Below the pieces are notes generated by a model, which saw only the letters and a program-made list of their open reading frames with translations, did no database searches and was not told where the DNA came from. Shown piece by piece: positions 37,272-52,685 of a DNA stretch of 64,000 nt; positions within the stretch are counted from its first letter, which is position 1, and the number at the start of each line of letters is the position of its first letter. The stretch spans positions 14,818,001 to 14,882,000 of the forward strand of contig JAQFVV010000007.1 in the NCBI GenBank assembly GCA_028023455.1, in the 5' to 3' direction. The translations under genes and the position numbers were made by a program. The stretch comes from Epiperipatus broadwayi. Taxonomy: Eukaryota; Animalia; Onychophora.

Positions 37272-38744
37272 GGTTAGTTAATATAGGGTCTCAAGATTTG
37301 AGCCAACAGTTCAAAATTTTAATTTTAATGTTTAAGATCTTTATTTGATATTATGAATCAATAAATTGGGACTGCCTTATAATACAGACAAAATTTACAA
37401 ATGAAAAAAATTCTAAAAATTTATATTTGAATTTTTCAAATATAAAAACTATAAAAATATTTAATATGTACAACAATAGTTTTATTTTTATTGTTTTTCC
37501 TCATAACACTATTGTAAAAATTAAATTAACAAAATGTTTGTTAAATCAATTTTTAAGTCTGAATGAATTACTATAAAGACATAACAAATCCATGAAATAC
37601 TTGTCTTAAATTGAGAATTCTATTTATATTTATTAAATTATCACAAAATTTCAGAATCACCAGCATTTGAAATATGTTTTATAGAATGGCAAAACTATAT
37701 TTTTCCCTGCTTCTAGTTTAAGGTATTTCAAGTTTCTTAAGCTGTATTTTTAGAAAAGAAATATAGTTGAAAAAAAAAATTAAGTGGAAATGTATCTTAT
37801 TTTTAATAATTTTAATGAAAATATTTTGTAAAAATTATTGCAAATAATTAAATATGCTATGATTTTATGCAATTCCTCCCCCCCCCCTGATTTTTACAAA
37901 GAAAAATCTAGGCAGCTCTTAATAATTGTTTTCAAAAAATCAACCAATCAGCAACCTTTGGATCTGTTTATCTTATACATAGTAAACTCCTTTTATTTAT
38001 TTATTAGTTATAAAAAAATCTGAAAATGTCAGTAATTGACAGCACAGTTTATTTGACTTTTAGTGCAAAATGACTGTAAATAATAGTTTTAAATACTAAA
38101 AAAATAGCAATTTAAAGCTGTAACATAACAGTGTCATCTTTTTAAGAAATCATAGTAAATAATTATCACATTAAATTACTAAAATGAAGGATTCAACATT
38201 TTCATTTATTTGACAGATCTGAATGTTATTTTAATTTTTTCGGCTATAAATGTAATTAGTAATAGCTTAAAGTTGATGAAATGAAAGTGAAAGTTATTAT
38301 AACTCAGAATGTATTTAAGCATTCAATTTTTTAACCTGTTATATTGCAAAGAATGAATTTTGTATATTAATGTGATTTCAGTATGACTGTACTGCATTGC
38401 AACACACCAATAATTTGCATGCTTAAATATAATCTGAGTAAGTACAGATCAATCTACTCTGTACTTTTCCATTTATTGACAGGCTTGTGTTCAGTTATAT
38501 ATAGCTTGCTAGGGGTAGACAGTAAATTTGACTTTTTTTTTCAATTTGTAATAAATCTTATAACTTTGAATTCTGTGGACAGACCTTTTCTACATTATGT
38601 TTAACTGGTGTGATATAATTAAATGTTATTCTTTTTCTGCAGCATGATTTAGTTCAGTGGTAGAGGTGGGAGCATAGGGTCCTCATATTGATTCCAATTC
38701 TGGTGCTTGAACTTTTTAGAAATTCTTGAGCAATAAATCCATTA

Positions 38745-38935
38745 TTTAACCACTGAGAATCACATGATCACCATTCTTTATGCATGCACAAGCTGTTTAT
38801 AAGATAGAAAAGTAGTCTGGGAATATTGGATGAATAGGCACCAAATAGGGATTTTATACATAAACATTCATGCATGTATTGATTACTCTGGCTCACCCTG
38901 CATATTGCTACTGTAGAAGGAGTTTAGCTTCTGTG
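38745..38935. mobile_element. Family B copy with internal inversion
   Basis: tcacatgatcaccattctttatgc (minus-sense) switches at ~38800 to agatagaaaagtagtctgggaatattggatga (plus-sense, 3' half of the hammerhead). Confidence 0.78.
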
Positions 38936-40879
38936 GATTTGATTATTTATTTTATTGCCTAATTATTTCAATTAGTTGAGGATGTGGAATTACACATGCC
39001 TTTATTTTCTTGTTATTTAATCTTTTAGTTAATTTAGTTTATATGAGAAAGATCTTACAATATTGAAACTGAATGTGACTATGTATTTTTTTACAGTTAC
39101 CACATGCTTTAATTTGACCAGTCATTATGTTTACAATATCTTTTAATATGTCAGTTAGAATCAGAAAATAAAAATAATTTCATTTACTAATTGAAAACTT
39201 ATTTTAAAAAAAAAATTGATTGCTTAGGAGTTTATAAAATGTTTAAGCACCAAAATGATAGAGATGACAATCCTTAAACCTTGAGTTCCAGACTCTGCTA
39301 CCATGAAGAGTAATTAAAATTATGAATAGTATGTCCATTGTCTATGAACACACCCAAAGTCATTACTATTCAAAATTTTAAATTAAACATAAAGTCATCA
39401 AAAATATATTGCACATGCAAATATAAAGCCCATTTACATAAATGTATAAAAATGAAATTAATAATTCAAATAGTCCAGTCCTGTGTAAAAGATTTCCATA
39501 ACCATTTTCAGAAAAACTGGGAAGAAACCATACTCACATTGCTATTGAAATATCTGGCATAGAGGTTTTACATTACTACTGCCTTTTACATGTTATCTAA
39601 AAATAATAGATACTAAGTTAACAATAATATCTGAATATCTAGTTCAAAAAAATTTCTTAAGTCACTTTTCACTCAAATTCAAACCTCATATATATGTGTG
39701 TGTGCGTGCTTATTATATTATTTTCCTATATGCATGTTTTTATTTTATTACTGCTATTAATATTATTGAAATTTGTTTTTGCTTTATTTCTTAAGTATTG
39801 ACTTATTTGCACAATAAACATTTTGAAATAGTTTATATTGTAATCCTCCCCCAACATCTATCTTACCTTTCCTATCAACAAATACATGGGGTGACAATTC
39901 TATTGATAATAGAATAAACTACTAGTCTTATCTTGCTTTGAATTATTGCTGAGACTCCTAGAATCCTGTCCTACCATAGCTTAGCTCAGTGGAGGCTACA
40001 GAGATCTATAAGGTGTAAAATGCATACTAAATATAAAAGGAAACATTATGAATTAATAAGAGTAAAATATCTATTAAGTTTTAAAATAAATAAATAATTG
40101 AAATTGGTAAAGTTGCACCACTTAAATTTACAAGTTATAGTCTAACCTCATCTCTTCCCATCATTCAAATGCATTGAACAACCTTTACTGTGTGATAGAA
40201 TTAAATTAATAATAGTAAAGATGCAGTACTAACAAACTCTACTCTATGGTAAGTCAAAATTAAATACAAAATAAAAATATAGCACTACTTAACTTTTATT
40301 GTACAGCAATTTAAATTAAATAACTAAATTAATGTCTAATCTAAAAATAATAAAGGAATATCTCAGGGAATTAATTTATTGTATGGCTTAAAACAACTAC
40401 TAATTATCATCATAAAAGTAATGACATAAATTAAGCATTATTCTAATAAAAATAATAGTAGTTAGACAATGAAAGAAATAGGGTTCATTTTGATTTCAAT
40501 TCATCATCTAAATAATAACTGAATACTAAAATTTCCAGAGAATCATTAATTAGTCTAGCACTTCATATGGTGTTTAGATCAAGAAAACAACATCATCAGA
40601 TCTGAACATGTTCATCATTAAATTATGGAATAGTGCAGTCATATCATATTGGATATATAAGTGTGTGTGTGTGTGGAAACATAGAACATGAATGCATGCC
40701 AAAGAAGAACTCTGAACAAGGTTTTTAAATAAATAAAACATTTATTACAAGATATAACTAAACAAACATTTTGTATTTCTAACTTACACATATACACATT
40801 TTGCATAGTTCCAATATCAATGATTGAATAGTCTACATGAGAAAAAATAACATTAAAATAAACTTTCTAGTATTTTATT

Positions 40880-41130
40880 CCAACATATACCAGCTCTCAG
40901 TCAATTCTGATAAACTTGTGAAAAGAAACATTACAAACACTACACTAAGATAAATAAATATGAAATTAAACTTTTTTTTTGTATTTTATTTCAAATATAT
41001 GCAAGCTATCAGTAAATTCTGATATGCTTATAAGAAAGAAACACTTATAAACACTAGCACTAAAATAGTAAGATATGAAATTAAACTTCTTAGTATTTTT
41101 ACTTAAAATACATGAAAGCTATCAGTTAAC
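40880..41130. repeat. Degenerate tandem repeat, period ~115-120 bp
   Basis: atatgaaattaaactt at ~40958 and ~41073. agct.tcagt at ~40892, ~41003 and ~41118. Confidence 0.75.
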
Positions 41131-44100
41131 CCCAACATTCTGCTAACCAAATCAACACTGGGGTAGTTAAACATCCAAATAATACAATATAGGTTTAAAT
41201 CTAAAAGTAAGAGGTCAATCTATCCTTCATAAATTGATTAAATAAGTCCATTAATTAGCTATACTTTCTTTCCTTTTGCTTGCTCATTCAAAATGAGGAT
41301 GAAACATTCTGAGAATTGATGGTGTAAAACTTCAAATAATTAATATAATATGATTTAAAATATTAATTTAAGACTTACAAATCAGTGATAGATTTTCTCC
41401 ATATCTTCAGAATTGATAGCATTTTATGCATGTGTCTGAATTGTGCTACCTGTTATAAAATGATTAACATAGCTATATACAAATAGTTTACTTATAAAAT
41501 TGAGATACAATCCCATAATATGGATGATGCCATGGCCAACCAAGCTTTAACATTTATTCTACTTCAGATGTTCTGTGAAAGAAATCAATTCTACCTTTAT
41601 TTTCTTTTTATCAGCAAACTACCTTACACTTGGCTATGAATAAATGGTGAGAAAACATTCCACATGTATATATGAGGGATAAGAAGACTTTCTTAACTCT
41701 AATCATTTAAATAACAGAACACAGTGACTCCCTAGCCTAATTCTGAGGCTAAAACACATGTGGACTTTGTCTCATCACCAAAAAACAAGGCAAATACACT
41801 ACTTTACTTGAGATACTATGATTATCATAAAATACAATTACTTAATTTGGAAAATATAATCTACTCATGACAAATATTTCAATAAACTGAGGGAGAGTTC
41901 TCTCAATTCCTATAACACACAATATATCATAAATGCTCTCTTTCTTTATAGCCACAAAATATGTTTCAATCTAAGCATAAAAAAATAATAAATTCACTCT
42001 TAAATAAATCCCTAATCCTTCCACTTCTTTTGGCACATCACACCATCTGAAACTGATGGAAAGTAAGTTATTTCTACTTTCAATTAAACAATTATATAAA
42101 TGGATTAGACAACAGACAATGATACATGCATAAAATAAATTTAAATTACCTTCAATGAGTAAATATTGTAACAACATTAATTAATAAGCTAAAAAAATGA
42201 ATCTATCATTTCTGATGAATTATAATATTTTAACTTTGAAATATAATAATTATTACTAAACAATCCTCATTATTTTTAGCAAAGCAAAGTTAAATAACTA
42301 TTTAGTGTATTTGACGTTAGTCGAATAAATTGAAATAAGTTTGGTTTGTGACAAACAACAAATCTTTAAATTTGAAGCAAAATAATTATTGAGAAATGGA
42401 CCTCATAATTTCTTAAAACACAAAGATAATATAATAAATTTTATGCAATTACACTCTTCTCAAAATGAACTTTTAGTTTCCTAATAGCAAACAGATATTT
42501 CTGCTGCCAACACACGGATATAGAAACATAAGTATACGATAAAATTATATTAAAATAATAATTAATTACCCAGTACAATATTTCTCCATATTATACTTTT
42601 CCAACATGTTCTTGAAAAAAGAAATAATAATTAAATAATAATAATAAAAAAATATAAGACAAGAAATTGGTTTATCTATTCTATCATATGCTAACAAAAA
42701 AAATAATCATTAATCTTCTTTAGCTGGAACATAAAAGTTCATTTACATAGTTCATAAATAACACCTCTTGGTTACGTACAAAAATGATGATGATAATTGT
42801 AAAATTCTAGGTATTAGTGAAAACATAACAATTTCCTGTAGGGAGACAACAAACATTTGGATCCAATTAAAGAGTGTTTCAAAAGTTCCAAGCAATAGCT
42901 ACTGAAACTGCTGGCAATATCACATGTGACTCATTTAGTAATGGAAATAAATATTTATTACTGTATATGTTTAGTAATAATTTACATTTTAATTCATGAC
43001 ATTCATCAAGGCACTTGTTCTAAATTATCAACAGTCATCCATCAGGCACCTAGTTGATTAATTCATATTATACACTTCAGTCTACATAAGTTTGTTGATA
43101 ATAAATTTTAATTAAAAAAATCAAAGACAAATGAGAACAATAAAATAAATATTCACATCTAGTTTTCATGCTCTCCCACTCATTCAGTTATAAGCACATT
43201 TAGAGATAAGTTAATAATTCATTAATTATATGAGTCACACATTCCATTCCTTAATTCTAGAGATGAATGATTAGGTACATTTCTTGTCAATAATAATAAT
43301 AAAGCGTGTTCTAAGAAGTTATACGCACACATCCTTTCATTTAAACTTTACTCCTCTATAGCTAGGAGAAATTATTATTACAGTGTCTTTGAAATGTTTT
43401 ATAAAAAAAGTTCAGCATAAATTTTCCAGAATAATAGCAAAATTTACACATTCCAATTATTTCTTTGGTGTTAGAGATTAAAATTAGGCAAAGCACATTA
43501 ATAATATAGACGCATATTTTTAATTTTTTCTTTAATATTAGAGATTAAATTTAGGCAAAGCAAATTTATAATATAAACACGCATATGCATTCCAAATGAT
43601 GATCGTAAATCTAAATTAGTCAATTAAAAGTAGAGAAGATATACTTTGTTTTTAATGTTGTTTACATCTGCATACTAGTCTTTACTTTTCAAGAAGAATT
43701 TCTTAACTATTTTCATCCAGAAAATTACTAGAGGTTTGTACTTTTGAGTTTGAATTATGGAAGAACCAATTTGTAGAGAGAAAATTGTAGTAATGAAACT
43801 TTTTGTGGAGAGAAAATTGTTGTAATAATAAAAACCAATTTTTTTTTATAAAAGTATCCCCCTTTTATATCAGATTATTTCGTAACTATCTATTTCTTTG
43901 ACCAATCCAAGGTCACCCAAAAGTTCAACTCTAAAAACAAAGGTTGATGATGTTTGCTTTTTATGTTTTTTTTTAATTTAATGGCAGTTGAGGGATGGGG
44001 GGTCTGAAAGTATTTAAAAGACTGTATATAATAGTTAGTTACTGTTATATGTATTATTTATATATACATTTTAAATATTGTTTTCTTGATGTTGTGTGGT

Positions 44101-44289
44101 GATGGTATTTAAGATATGTTAATATGTTGGACTAATTCCATCATCTATCATTAAGTGTTTAATGTCTAGAAAATTGTAAATTTTATTTAAACTTTTCCAA
44201 ATACAAATAACTATTAGTAATAGTACACAAAGACAGCATAGGTTAGTAGATTACTCAATGTTTTGAGTAATAATGGTAAAAGTATGTAT

Positions 44290-44660
44290 ATACATTACTT
44301 GTAAATGACATTGTCATGGGACTTGGGTATTCTATCATCAGATTTTTAATGGTATGGATGGCTGAAGAGTTGGAGGTTAGAGTAGATTGAAGTCTGTCCA
44401 TTAAGATATAAAGATTTGCTATCTTAATATAAAACTGAGCACTGATTATATATGTGTGTGAGAGATGATAATCTGGACCAATTGATGAGGGCTGGTTCAG
44501 CATGAAATATGTATATTGGTGATTATTTATCTTTCTATGTGTGTGTGGTCATGTGTATCAGTAGTATGAAATAGTGCAGATAGTTGAAGGTTGCTTAAAA
44601 GTCTGAGTTCAAATCCCCTATATTTATAATTAAGTTCCAGGTGTAAAAATGCCTGTATTT
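44290..44660 (+). mobile_element. Family C partial unit with hammerhead (44477-44520, C3 to U) and B box (44605-44616)
   Basis: accaa TTGATGA gggctggttcagcat GAAA tatgtata ttggt, followed by gagttcaaatcc. Confidence 0.85.
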
Positions 44661-44829
44661 CAAATGTTGTATATACATTACTTATAAAATATAATGAAAC
44701 AAAAAGTGAGAAATACTATGAATATGTCAGCAATAAAAACCATTTTCAATTGAAGATTATCATTTCAGATCAAAGAAGAAAAAAATACTATCCTAGAGAT
44801 GAGTTTTGTAATGACTATAGTCACTAATC

Positions 44830-45170
44830 TGTGAACCACAAATATGTCTACTTATAGAACAGAACACACTGGTCTATTATACTGCTTATTTGATATTTTG
44901 TGATGCTATTTTTCTAACTTCTCCTAAAGCAAATTTTTCTTTCTAAAAAATTTCAACACCTTGGTTAATTGTAGCTCTACCATGTATTCTATTCTCCAAT
45001 TACATCTTCCTACTGAAATTAATCAACATTGTATTTCTTTAGAATACCTTTGTGATAATTTTTATAATGTAAATAAGGCTTGCCTCTTTAGCAAACCACT
45101 AAATCCATGTTTATCATGAAATACCTTTTTAGAAGTTCTTGCAATGCTTAATCCAATAAAGATGTGATTT
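44830..45170 (-). mobile_element. RTE LINE 3' fragment (same subfamily as 28860-29390)
   Basis: Nucleotide similarity (taattgtagctct..atgtattctatt, ctttagaat). Confidence 0.6.
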
Positions 45171-45184
45171 TATACAAAAATAAA

Positions 45185-45820
45185 AATATACATGTGACCA
45201 ATAAAATATCACATGACCTTAGCTTGCACAAATTACTATTTATTAACAAATTTATTCTCCATATTCTTTTGGTAATATTTGGATAGGATATAAGGATTCA
45301 ATAAGCATTACTATCTAATATCTATTGATTATTAAAGTTTACACTAGATGTTAAAAGTATAAAGCAAATAACAGTTTTCTAATGAATTGCAATAAGTGGT
45401 GGCTAAACTCATCTATGAGGTTTTTTTATGGTCATGTGATGTACTATTAATTTTGTACCTATTCTAACCAATGAATAAACCTGACTAAGGTTATTTAAAA
45501 AACTAACATAATATAGAATCTGAACTAATTTCAGATTTATTTAACAATGCAAACAAATAGGCTTGGATTGAAAAAATTAAAAAGTTTTTTTTAATTTGGA
45601 ATAATAGCTTAATAGTATAACAAAAAGTAAAAGGATGACTTCTAGAGCAAAAGGACATTGATCCAAATGTTCAAGTGCAATAATCCAAAAAGCTCCACAT
45701 TAAACTAGTGTGGATATATTTGGATAAGATAGTACAGAATAAATATTTATTAAGAACTACCATCTGACATCTATTGATTATTAAGGTTTACACCAGAGAG
45801 CAAAAGAGTAGGGAAAATAA
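45185..45820. mobile_element. Old, diverged family B partial dimer with inverted head
   Basis: atctattgattattaa.gtttacac repeats at ~45320 and ~45770. ggtcatgtgatg, ctgaactaatttcag and aaactagtgtgga match family B landmarks. Confidence 0.55.
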
Positions 45821-46085
45821 AATATGTCATTTTACAATTGTGAGCTCTATATTTTAATATCCAGCAAGTTGAATAACAAAATTGTAGGCTCTATAGGATA
45901 TTTATTTGTTTAATGAATTTACCATTGCATTTTTAAAATTGTGTGGATCACTTTTAAATAAAATTTTTATAATATCTTTATGTTATATCAATAGAGTATC
46001 CAAGTCCCACTTCTGTACAACAATATATTAGGTGAAATAGCAATTTTGTGAATAGTTTATTACATATATGTAGTTAAAATAATGT

Positions 46086-46684
46086 GGATGTACTGAAAAC
46101 CCCTACCTATCTATATGTAAAGTAACTATCAGTAAATGTAAAATGTAAAATTAGCCAACTATATTTTAGGTTTGGTCATACATAAGCATACCATTTACTG
46201 ATTATACGTGCATGCAAAGTGTGATTTATATATACTAACATAATTTCAAGACATAAGCTATTCTAAAATCACTATAACTTATTAGAGGGAGAGACAGGGC
46301 CTCATTTTTAACAACCTCAATATTAAATTAATCTTCGGATAACAGAAGTAAATATAACTTTTTAAAGAGCTTCTATATTGATGAAATAATGCAGAAGCTC
46401 TGAAAATCTCCAGAGTCAAATGTAAACTAATTGTCCACAAATGTAAAATGTAGAATGAGCCATGTACACTTTCATTGTGTATAATCATGCCATTTATTGA
46501 CTTACTTAGACACTGAGTGTGATTTATATATACTAACATAATTTCAAGATATTTTTAGTATATAAAATTACACTCTGCATGTAAGTATGTTAGTAAATGG
46601 TATGCTGAAGTGTAGGTGGACAACTGTATATTTTATGTTTACTGATAGTTTACATATAGCTCGCTGGGTGCTTGCAGCACTTCC
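46086..46684. mobile_element. MITE family H, expanded copy
   Basis: Ends ggatgtactgaaaacccc / gggtgcttgcagcacttcc. Internal duplication of gtgtgatttatatatactaacataatttcaaga at ~46220 and ~46517. Confidence 0.7.
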
Positions 46685-47359
46685 ACTTATTTCATTTATA
46701 TTCAAGCTATTAAAAAGTTGTATTTATATAAATATATATATTAATGCTTAAACTGCTATATAATCATCAGCAATTTTTAATTGTCATAAAGAAAGAATTT
46801 AATATCAACTTGAACCTATGTTCTTGTAAAGCATTATTTCAAATTTAATGTGACCCACATATTAATTTAGATATTATCATATTTATGTACTGAGTGTTTT
46901 GCATCCTAATCACAGAAAACAATACTTCTTGAGTTTGGATCACCTTTTATAATATCGTAAATAGTAATTTAAAGTGAGTATCTACTCACGCTCTCTTCAA
47001 CAGTTCTTCAGATTTGCTCATATAAAAGAATTTGAGTCGTAGGAATAAGAGGGATTCTTTTTATTCCTGCATAAATACTATATCTTGGATTGAAGAGGAG
47101 AGTATTCATTTATTTAACACTCTCAAAAGGCGTGTGCATGCTCAATTAGCTTGAAAGGTTGATATTGGAATGAAATATATACTTATTGTAACCTTATATT
47201 TGGGTAAATATATATATATATAGTTTGGTGGAACTGATTTAAAATTTCTGTCTTCTTCTACATGATTTGATTATCACAGCTAGCACTTTGTATATACTTA
47301 ATACTTGCATTCAAATGGACTTAATGATGAGATTGTGTAGTTTCATTTTCACTTTGCTT

Positions 47360-47363
<4 letters not shown>

Positions 47364-47407
<44 letters not shown>
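47364..47407. repeat. (TA)n microsatellite
   Basis: Directly visible. Confidence 0.99.
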
Positions 47408-47411
<4 letters not shown>

Positions 47412-49084
47412 TTTTGTTCTTGTTCCAATCACTGAATTAGGCAAGCTGTGTTTAACCTAAAAAACCAACAGCATAATAATAATCATTATTATTTGTTTTT
47501 TTTTTCTTTTAAATAATCCTAAAGAATAACTTTAGTTTGGTTAAAATGATTTAGTTAATTTAACTTGAATTGGTTAATAAAATATTATAAATGCATTTTT
47601 TTTGTCTTTCATTTTAACAGAAATATGTAAATGAGGAGAAATACAATTGGGTGAAGAGACAGAATGTTTAGAAATTTTTTAAAAAAAAAAAACTGTGTTA
47701 GAAACAACAAGTATCAAAAGTGCAAAAAATCTTTTTCTTTCTGCTGTTAAACATATAATGAATACGAAAGCTGCTCTTTAAAAAAAAGATTCAAGGACAA
47801 AGAAAAAAGTTAAATTAAAGCTTTTCTTATATAATTCAAATTGCAATATTATTATGTACAAATAACAAAATGAGGAGTTCAAATTAAACAAGTCTGCTTG
47901 AGTCTTCTAACCAAAAATGTAACTGTTGACTGTCTTTCAAAATGTCTATAATTGAAATGTACTGGAATTGTCAACAATGAAAATGGAAATAACAATTTTA
48001 AAGGTCAGTCTACCTAAAAAACATTCTTTATTGTTTACAAACTATATTAACCTAGGATATAATATTTTACTTCCATGACTTTAACACATTGTTATACTAC
48101 ATGTGCAGAGTGAAATGCTATATTAACATGTTTTGTGTGCCAGTGTCTGAACAATAAGGAATTAGCTATATCCCACTCTGAACTTATATTAAAGATAACA
48201 TTCCTGCTATGTGAGTTATCTTATTATTAAATAATAATAATAATTACTGAAAGGTAATAACAGCTAACCAGTAAATTATTTTTCAATTGTCATAGCAAAT
48301 GTGAGATAATTATTTGCTTGGACAATTATTCCTGGTCTTCGACACTGACTAAATAAATTAAAAGTAATGAAATAATTTAAATTTGGAGTAACTCCTAAAA
48401 AGTAAGTAGTGAAGATTATTAACTTTTGAGGAATCCTCTAATTAAAATTATACTTGTCCTATCTTTTAAAAATATCGGAGTATTTAGAGAGCCTACATGT
48501 GAATCAATTAACTAGGGAATATTCATTACAGGTGGAAATGAAGGGAAATATAATCAAACTCATAAAATTCTATATGTTGTAACTGAAAAACTATTTATAT
48601 GTTGTACATTACATAGTAAAAAAATGTTATTGATTTTATAAGGAATATTCATTATATTTGAAATATTATGTATATTAAATTTAGTATAGTCATTTAAACT
48701 AGTGTGTTTTGTTTGGGTTCATATTATCTATTATTCTATACATGTACGAAGTTCATGTATATATTCTATTGTGCCTAAAATAATTATTTATTAATCTAAG
48801 TTCATGGGAGTAAACATATGATATAGAGATTGAAGAGAATCAATTATTAGGGAACAGTGCTTGCATACAGGTTTAATGATTATTTAATGAATCTATGATG
48901 TGCAACACCACCACATGGCTTAAGCCTGCATGTCTTTCCAGAATTATATGCCTATACTCATATTATATTAACTATGTATTATTATTATGCCTATGCTTTA
49001 GGCAGAGTTGGTTATTATCTTAGTTGTTTATTATAGTGAAGTATTTATTTCATTTTATGTTCTAATTCACTTTAGTAAGACTGC

Positions 49085-49570
49085 ATGTGTCTCCTAATTC
49101 AGCAGGTTTATCGATGAGGGTAATGTTTAAAACAGTTTATAAGCAAGTTGCTTTGGAAAAAACACAAATTTATGAGTGGGTTAATAGGAGTGTCAAATAT
49201 ACCACATTCCAAAAAATCATGGCAACTGAAGTTCAATGCCTAGCTAATGCTGTTTTTTATGCAAATGGTTTTTCACTCATAATTCATTTGTAATGATCAG
49301 TCATTTTACCTACAAGTTTTGAAACATTTGTGTGATGCAGTAAAAGAAAAAACTTTGTGACAAACATGAAAATTCAAGCTTTACCATGACAATGTGCCAG
49401 GACACAAAGCCTTGAGTGTGAATCATTTTTTAATTAAAAATAGCATGACCCTGCTTATCCATCAGCCATATTCATGATCTTATTTGGTGTAATTTCTTTT
49501 TATTCCTCTGAATGAAAAAAATGCTCAAAAAACAAAGTTTTGATTAGAGGAAAATACATTTAGTCTGGTG
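49085..49570 (+). mobile_element. Mariner transposase remnant, internally deleted
   Basis: VYKQVALEKTQIYEW (HTH region) and LYHDNVPGHKALSVNHFLIKNSMTLLIHQPYS (HDNAPxH / HPPYSPDL region). Confidence 0.85.
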
Positions 49571-50104
49571 CATTTCATCAAATGGACAACATTTTATTTA
49601 TATTTAGGTGTTACAAATTGAAAAAAAAAAATTAATTTGGTCAAGATAAATTATCACTGTTTAAAGCCATTTTTAAACTTAAATTGCATTATACAATAAG
49701 GTATCCCTCCCCCCCCCAAAAAAAAAAAACAGAATTTTGTACTAAAATTTATGTATTTATTTTTAGATGTTACAAATTGAATCTCCACACAATTTTTTAT
49801 TCCATAATTCCACATTTTTGGATATACCTTCACATATACTGCAATTTAAGTTTCATAATAGCTTCAAGCAGTGATCTTGACCCAATTAACATCACTTTTT
49901 TCAGAAGCACATTGCTGATTAAAAGCATAAGATCATCTTATAAAATCTGAAATGTATTTATATCTTTAAAAAAATCCATTAACAGACTCATACTTTAATC
50001 ATTATTAATTGTCTATACAGTCCTGCAGAATCAATTTCATATTCACCAATTTTTCCTCTGCCACTTTCTCATCACTCATAATTAAATTATAAAGAAAATG
50101 TTAA

Positions 50105-50220
50105 TGGGTTAACTGATCAGGAAATCATAAGAAGTTTGAGTGCAGAAATGTGAGCACTCAAATCAGTCCTGGAATGTTCCAAGTCGATCACTCTGCCAAC
50201 TGCACCTATCTGTGCAGGGT
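50105..50220 (-). mobile_element. tRNA-derived SINE head (family K), second copy
   Basis: Minus strand agttggcagagtgatcgacttgg...cattccagga...actcaaacttcttatga aligns with 32960-33043. Confidence 0.55.
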
Positions 50221-52634
50221 AATTAAATTATAATTTTATAATATAATTGCATTCAAATTCTATTTGGAAATTGAACTTTTCAGAAAAGGATTATGGACTA
50301 CATTTAAAAATATATGAACAAATTTTCTTTTTTGATTACTTGACAATAAGTATAGATTTTTTATGCAGTCTTTCAAAATCTGTTTGATAGTAAATCTAAA
50401 TTAAGACCCATCATTTTGAATTTATAATTACAAATAAATATCTTTAAACAATGTTGGTTTGATTCAATTTTCATTTACTATTGTATTTCCATTAAAAAAT
50501 AAAGTCAAAAAAAATGCTTGTAAACAATTAATAATATAAGAAATTAATAATAATAGCTGTGGATAAATAAAAAATAATGACAGATTATTTTTAATTATAG
50601 GATCTTATAAACACTTATGCAAAAAGTTTTGTAATTATATATTGGAATATTTTTATCATTTTTTATAATTAATTAGTTGGTTATATGTTTCAAAAAATCT
50701 CTGATGACCTGTTGGATTAAATTTCCAACTATGGTTTAATCAAATTTATTCTTATCTTGTATTATATTTTCAGAAATTTCAAATTATTTTTTTAAAAATA
50801 TGTGTTTAATAATGAAAATTATTCTTAAAAATATTTCATCTTTGCAAATATAAAAAACAAAATTAAATTGAAATATGTAATATGATTTAATAAAAACATT
50901 TTCCATACTGAATAATTATTTTATCACTGATAAACATATTAAATTAAAAAGATCAGATGTGTTTTAATTTCAGTTAGTAAAACCAAATGAATTATTGTTT
51001 AAATTACTTCAGTTAACAAAATTCTATTTAAAATTGTTTTTACATATATTTTTAAAAATAACAAATAGAAATATATTGAGATAAATATGAAAGAATCTTT
51101 TTCAGCTGATTACAAGTTGCAGCTTACAATAAGGATGTTTCTTATCTTGTCTTCTAGTAAAAATAAATATTTTTGAATAAAATCTGAATTCAATCACATT
51201 ATATTACACAACATTATGTGAATGTACAAACACAGTAGGGGAAATAAAATAAAACAAAAGAATGAATCAAACAGCTCTCGCAAGCATTCTCAATGTGGTA
51301 AGAATAAGAAACTACCAATTGTTGTTGTGGGCGGGGCATCACCTCATTTATAATAAGTTTATCCATCTAATATTGATATCTTGAGATGTTTTTAAATTAA
51401 TAAATCAATATTACTTAATATTTTAGTTTCAGATTTTGCCATCAAATGAACCAAAACTGATAAATAAACATGAAAGAAAAAATCAAAAGTGTAAAATAAA
51501 AATAAAAGATCAGTAGTTACATCAATGGTGATGTAATATTATATTCAGTGCTTGAAATAGATTAATTATTAAATGTTTTGAAAAATTCAAATTTTATTTT
51601 TACTTAGGAAGAACAAACAGATTGGTTTATATTACAGTGTTTAAGTTGCATTGTTTTCCTTTTCTCTCCAGATAGCCCTGGGGAAATCAGTCAGGTATTA
51701 CAGTTCAGAATTGATCTTAGTATCCTTTATCCAACTGCACTATTTTGACAACATATTCATATTGGGTGAAATATGCCTACATTTGAATGCACAAGAATTT
51801 AACTGTCACCAGTTCATTTTCCATGCTAGCAGGTGACACCTGGAAAAGAGAAAAAATTATACCATTCCCCATGTTAATACTGTCACTGGCCAAGTTAACA
51901 ATACTTGAAAAAAAAAAAGAATACTACTATTCACAACATTGTGTTATATATTTACTTATCTATTCTTATTAGAAAATGAATTTTTTTAAAACCATTTAAC
52001 AGTTAAATAAGATGATTGAAATAATCTAACATAAAATTATAAGTTGTATATATAATTGTTATTTTGCTTAATTTATTAACTCTATTGATATAACATAAAA
52101 GCATATAAAAAGTTTAATTTAAGAGGGATGCATCAAACTTTTAAAAATATAATGGCAAGTTTCTGAGATCAATAAATATGTGGTTCAATTTCCTGGCTAT
52201 GATTCTATTGGATACACTATTGTAAAATCACATCTTCATTGAATTGGGCATGTTAAATGAATGAACAGTACAAAACTTTCTAAAGAGTATTTTAGGGTGA
52301 TCTTGAGCAAGGATTTAGTGGAAGAGGCAGACTCTGATTATATAATAAACACTATTCTCAATAACATTTTTTTAAAAATGCAATGTGGTCTGTTTTTACT
52401 GGCAAAGTATAGTGGAGAATAGAATTCACCGGAGAACTGTAATTAGGCATGATGTTGAAGTACATCAGAAATAAAATTTTTCTGTAGACAAAGATGAAAT
52501 ATATTTGTATTTTTATATTGGACTATTTGCCATCACCTAATATGAGTATTGAATATTTTTAGAAAAATTTAACTTTATTTAAATATTCCAGATACATTCA
52601 ATTGTTAGTAATAGCACATCAAACAGGTTAGTAT

Positions 52635-52685
52635 ATGCACAACATTTCAAGAGATATTATTCTCCTCTCTTCTTCAGATGTTGCT
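52635..52685 (-). ncRNA. Type I hammerhead-like motif (family A, left arm)
   Basis: caacat CTGAAGA a gagag-gagaataatat-ctctt GAAA tgtt gtgcat. Stem II has 5 bp. Stems I and III are decayed. Confidence 0.55.

Noticed and set aside
42000-42840. Minus-strand exon-like pieces EIVMFSLIPRILQLSSSFLY and RWCDVPKEVEGLGIYLR
   Set aside because: Plausible splice sites, but they could not be linked or identified. Too weak to call.
47621-47672. Plus-strand terminal-exon-like KYVNEEKYNWVKRQNV* after a good acceptor
   Set aside because: No upstream partner exons were found, and it is too short to identify.
51600-51845. Stop-interrupted minus-strand frame (MENELVTVKFLCIQM*AYFTQYEYVVKIVQLDKGY*...)
   Set aside because: May be a decayed TE or an exon after a strong acceptor, but no diagnostic motif was recognised.
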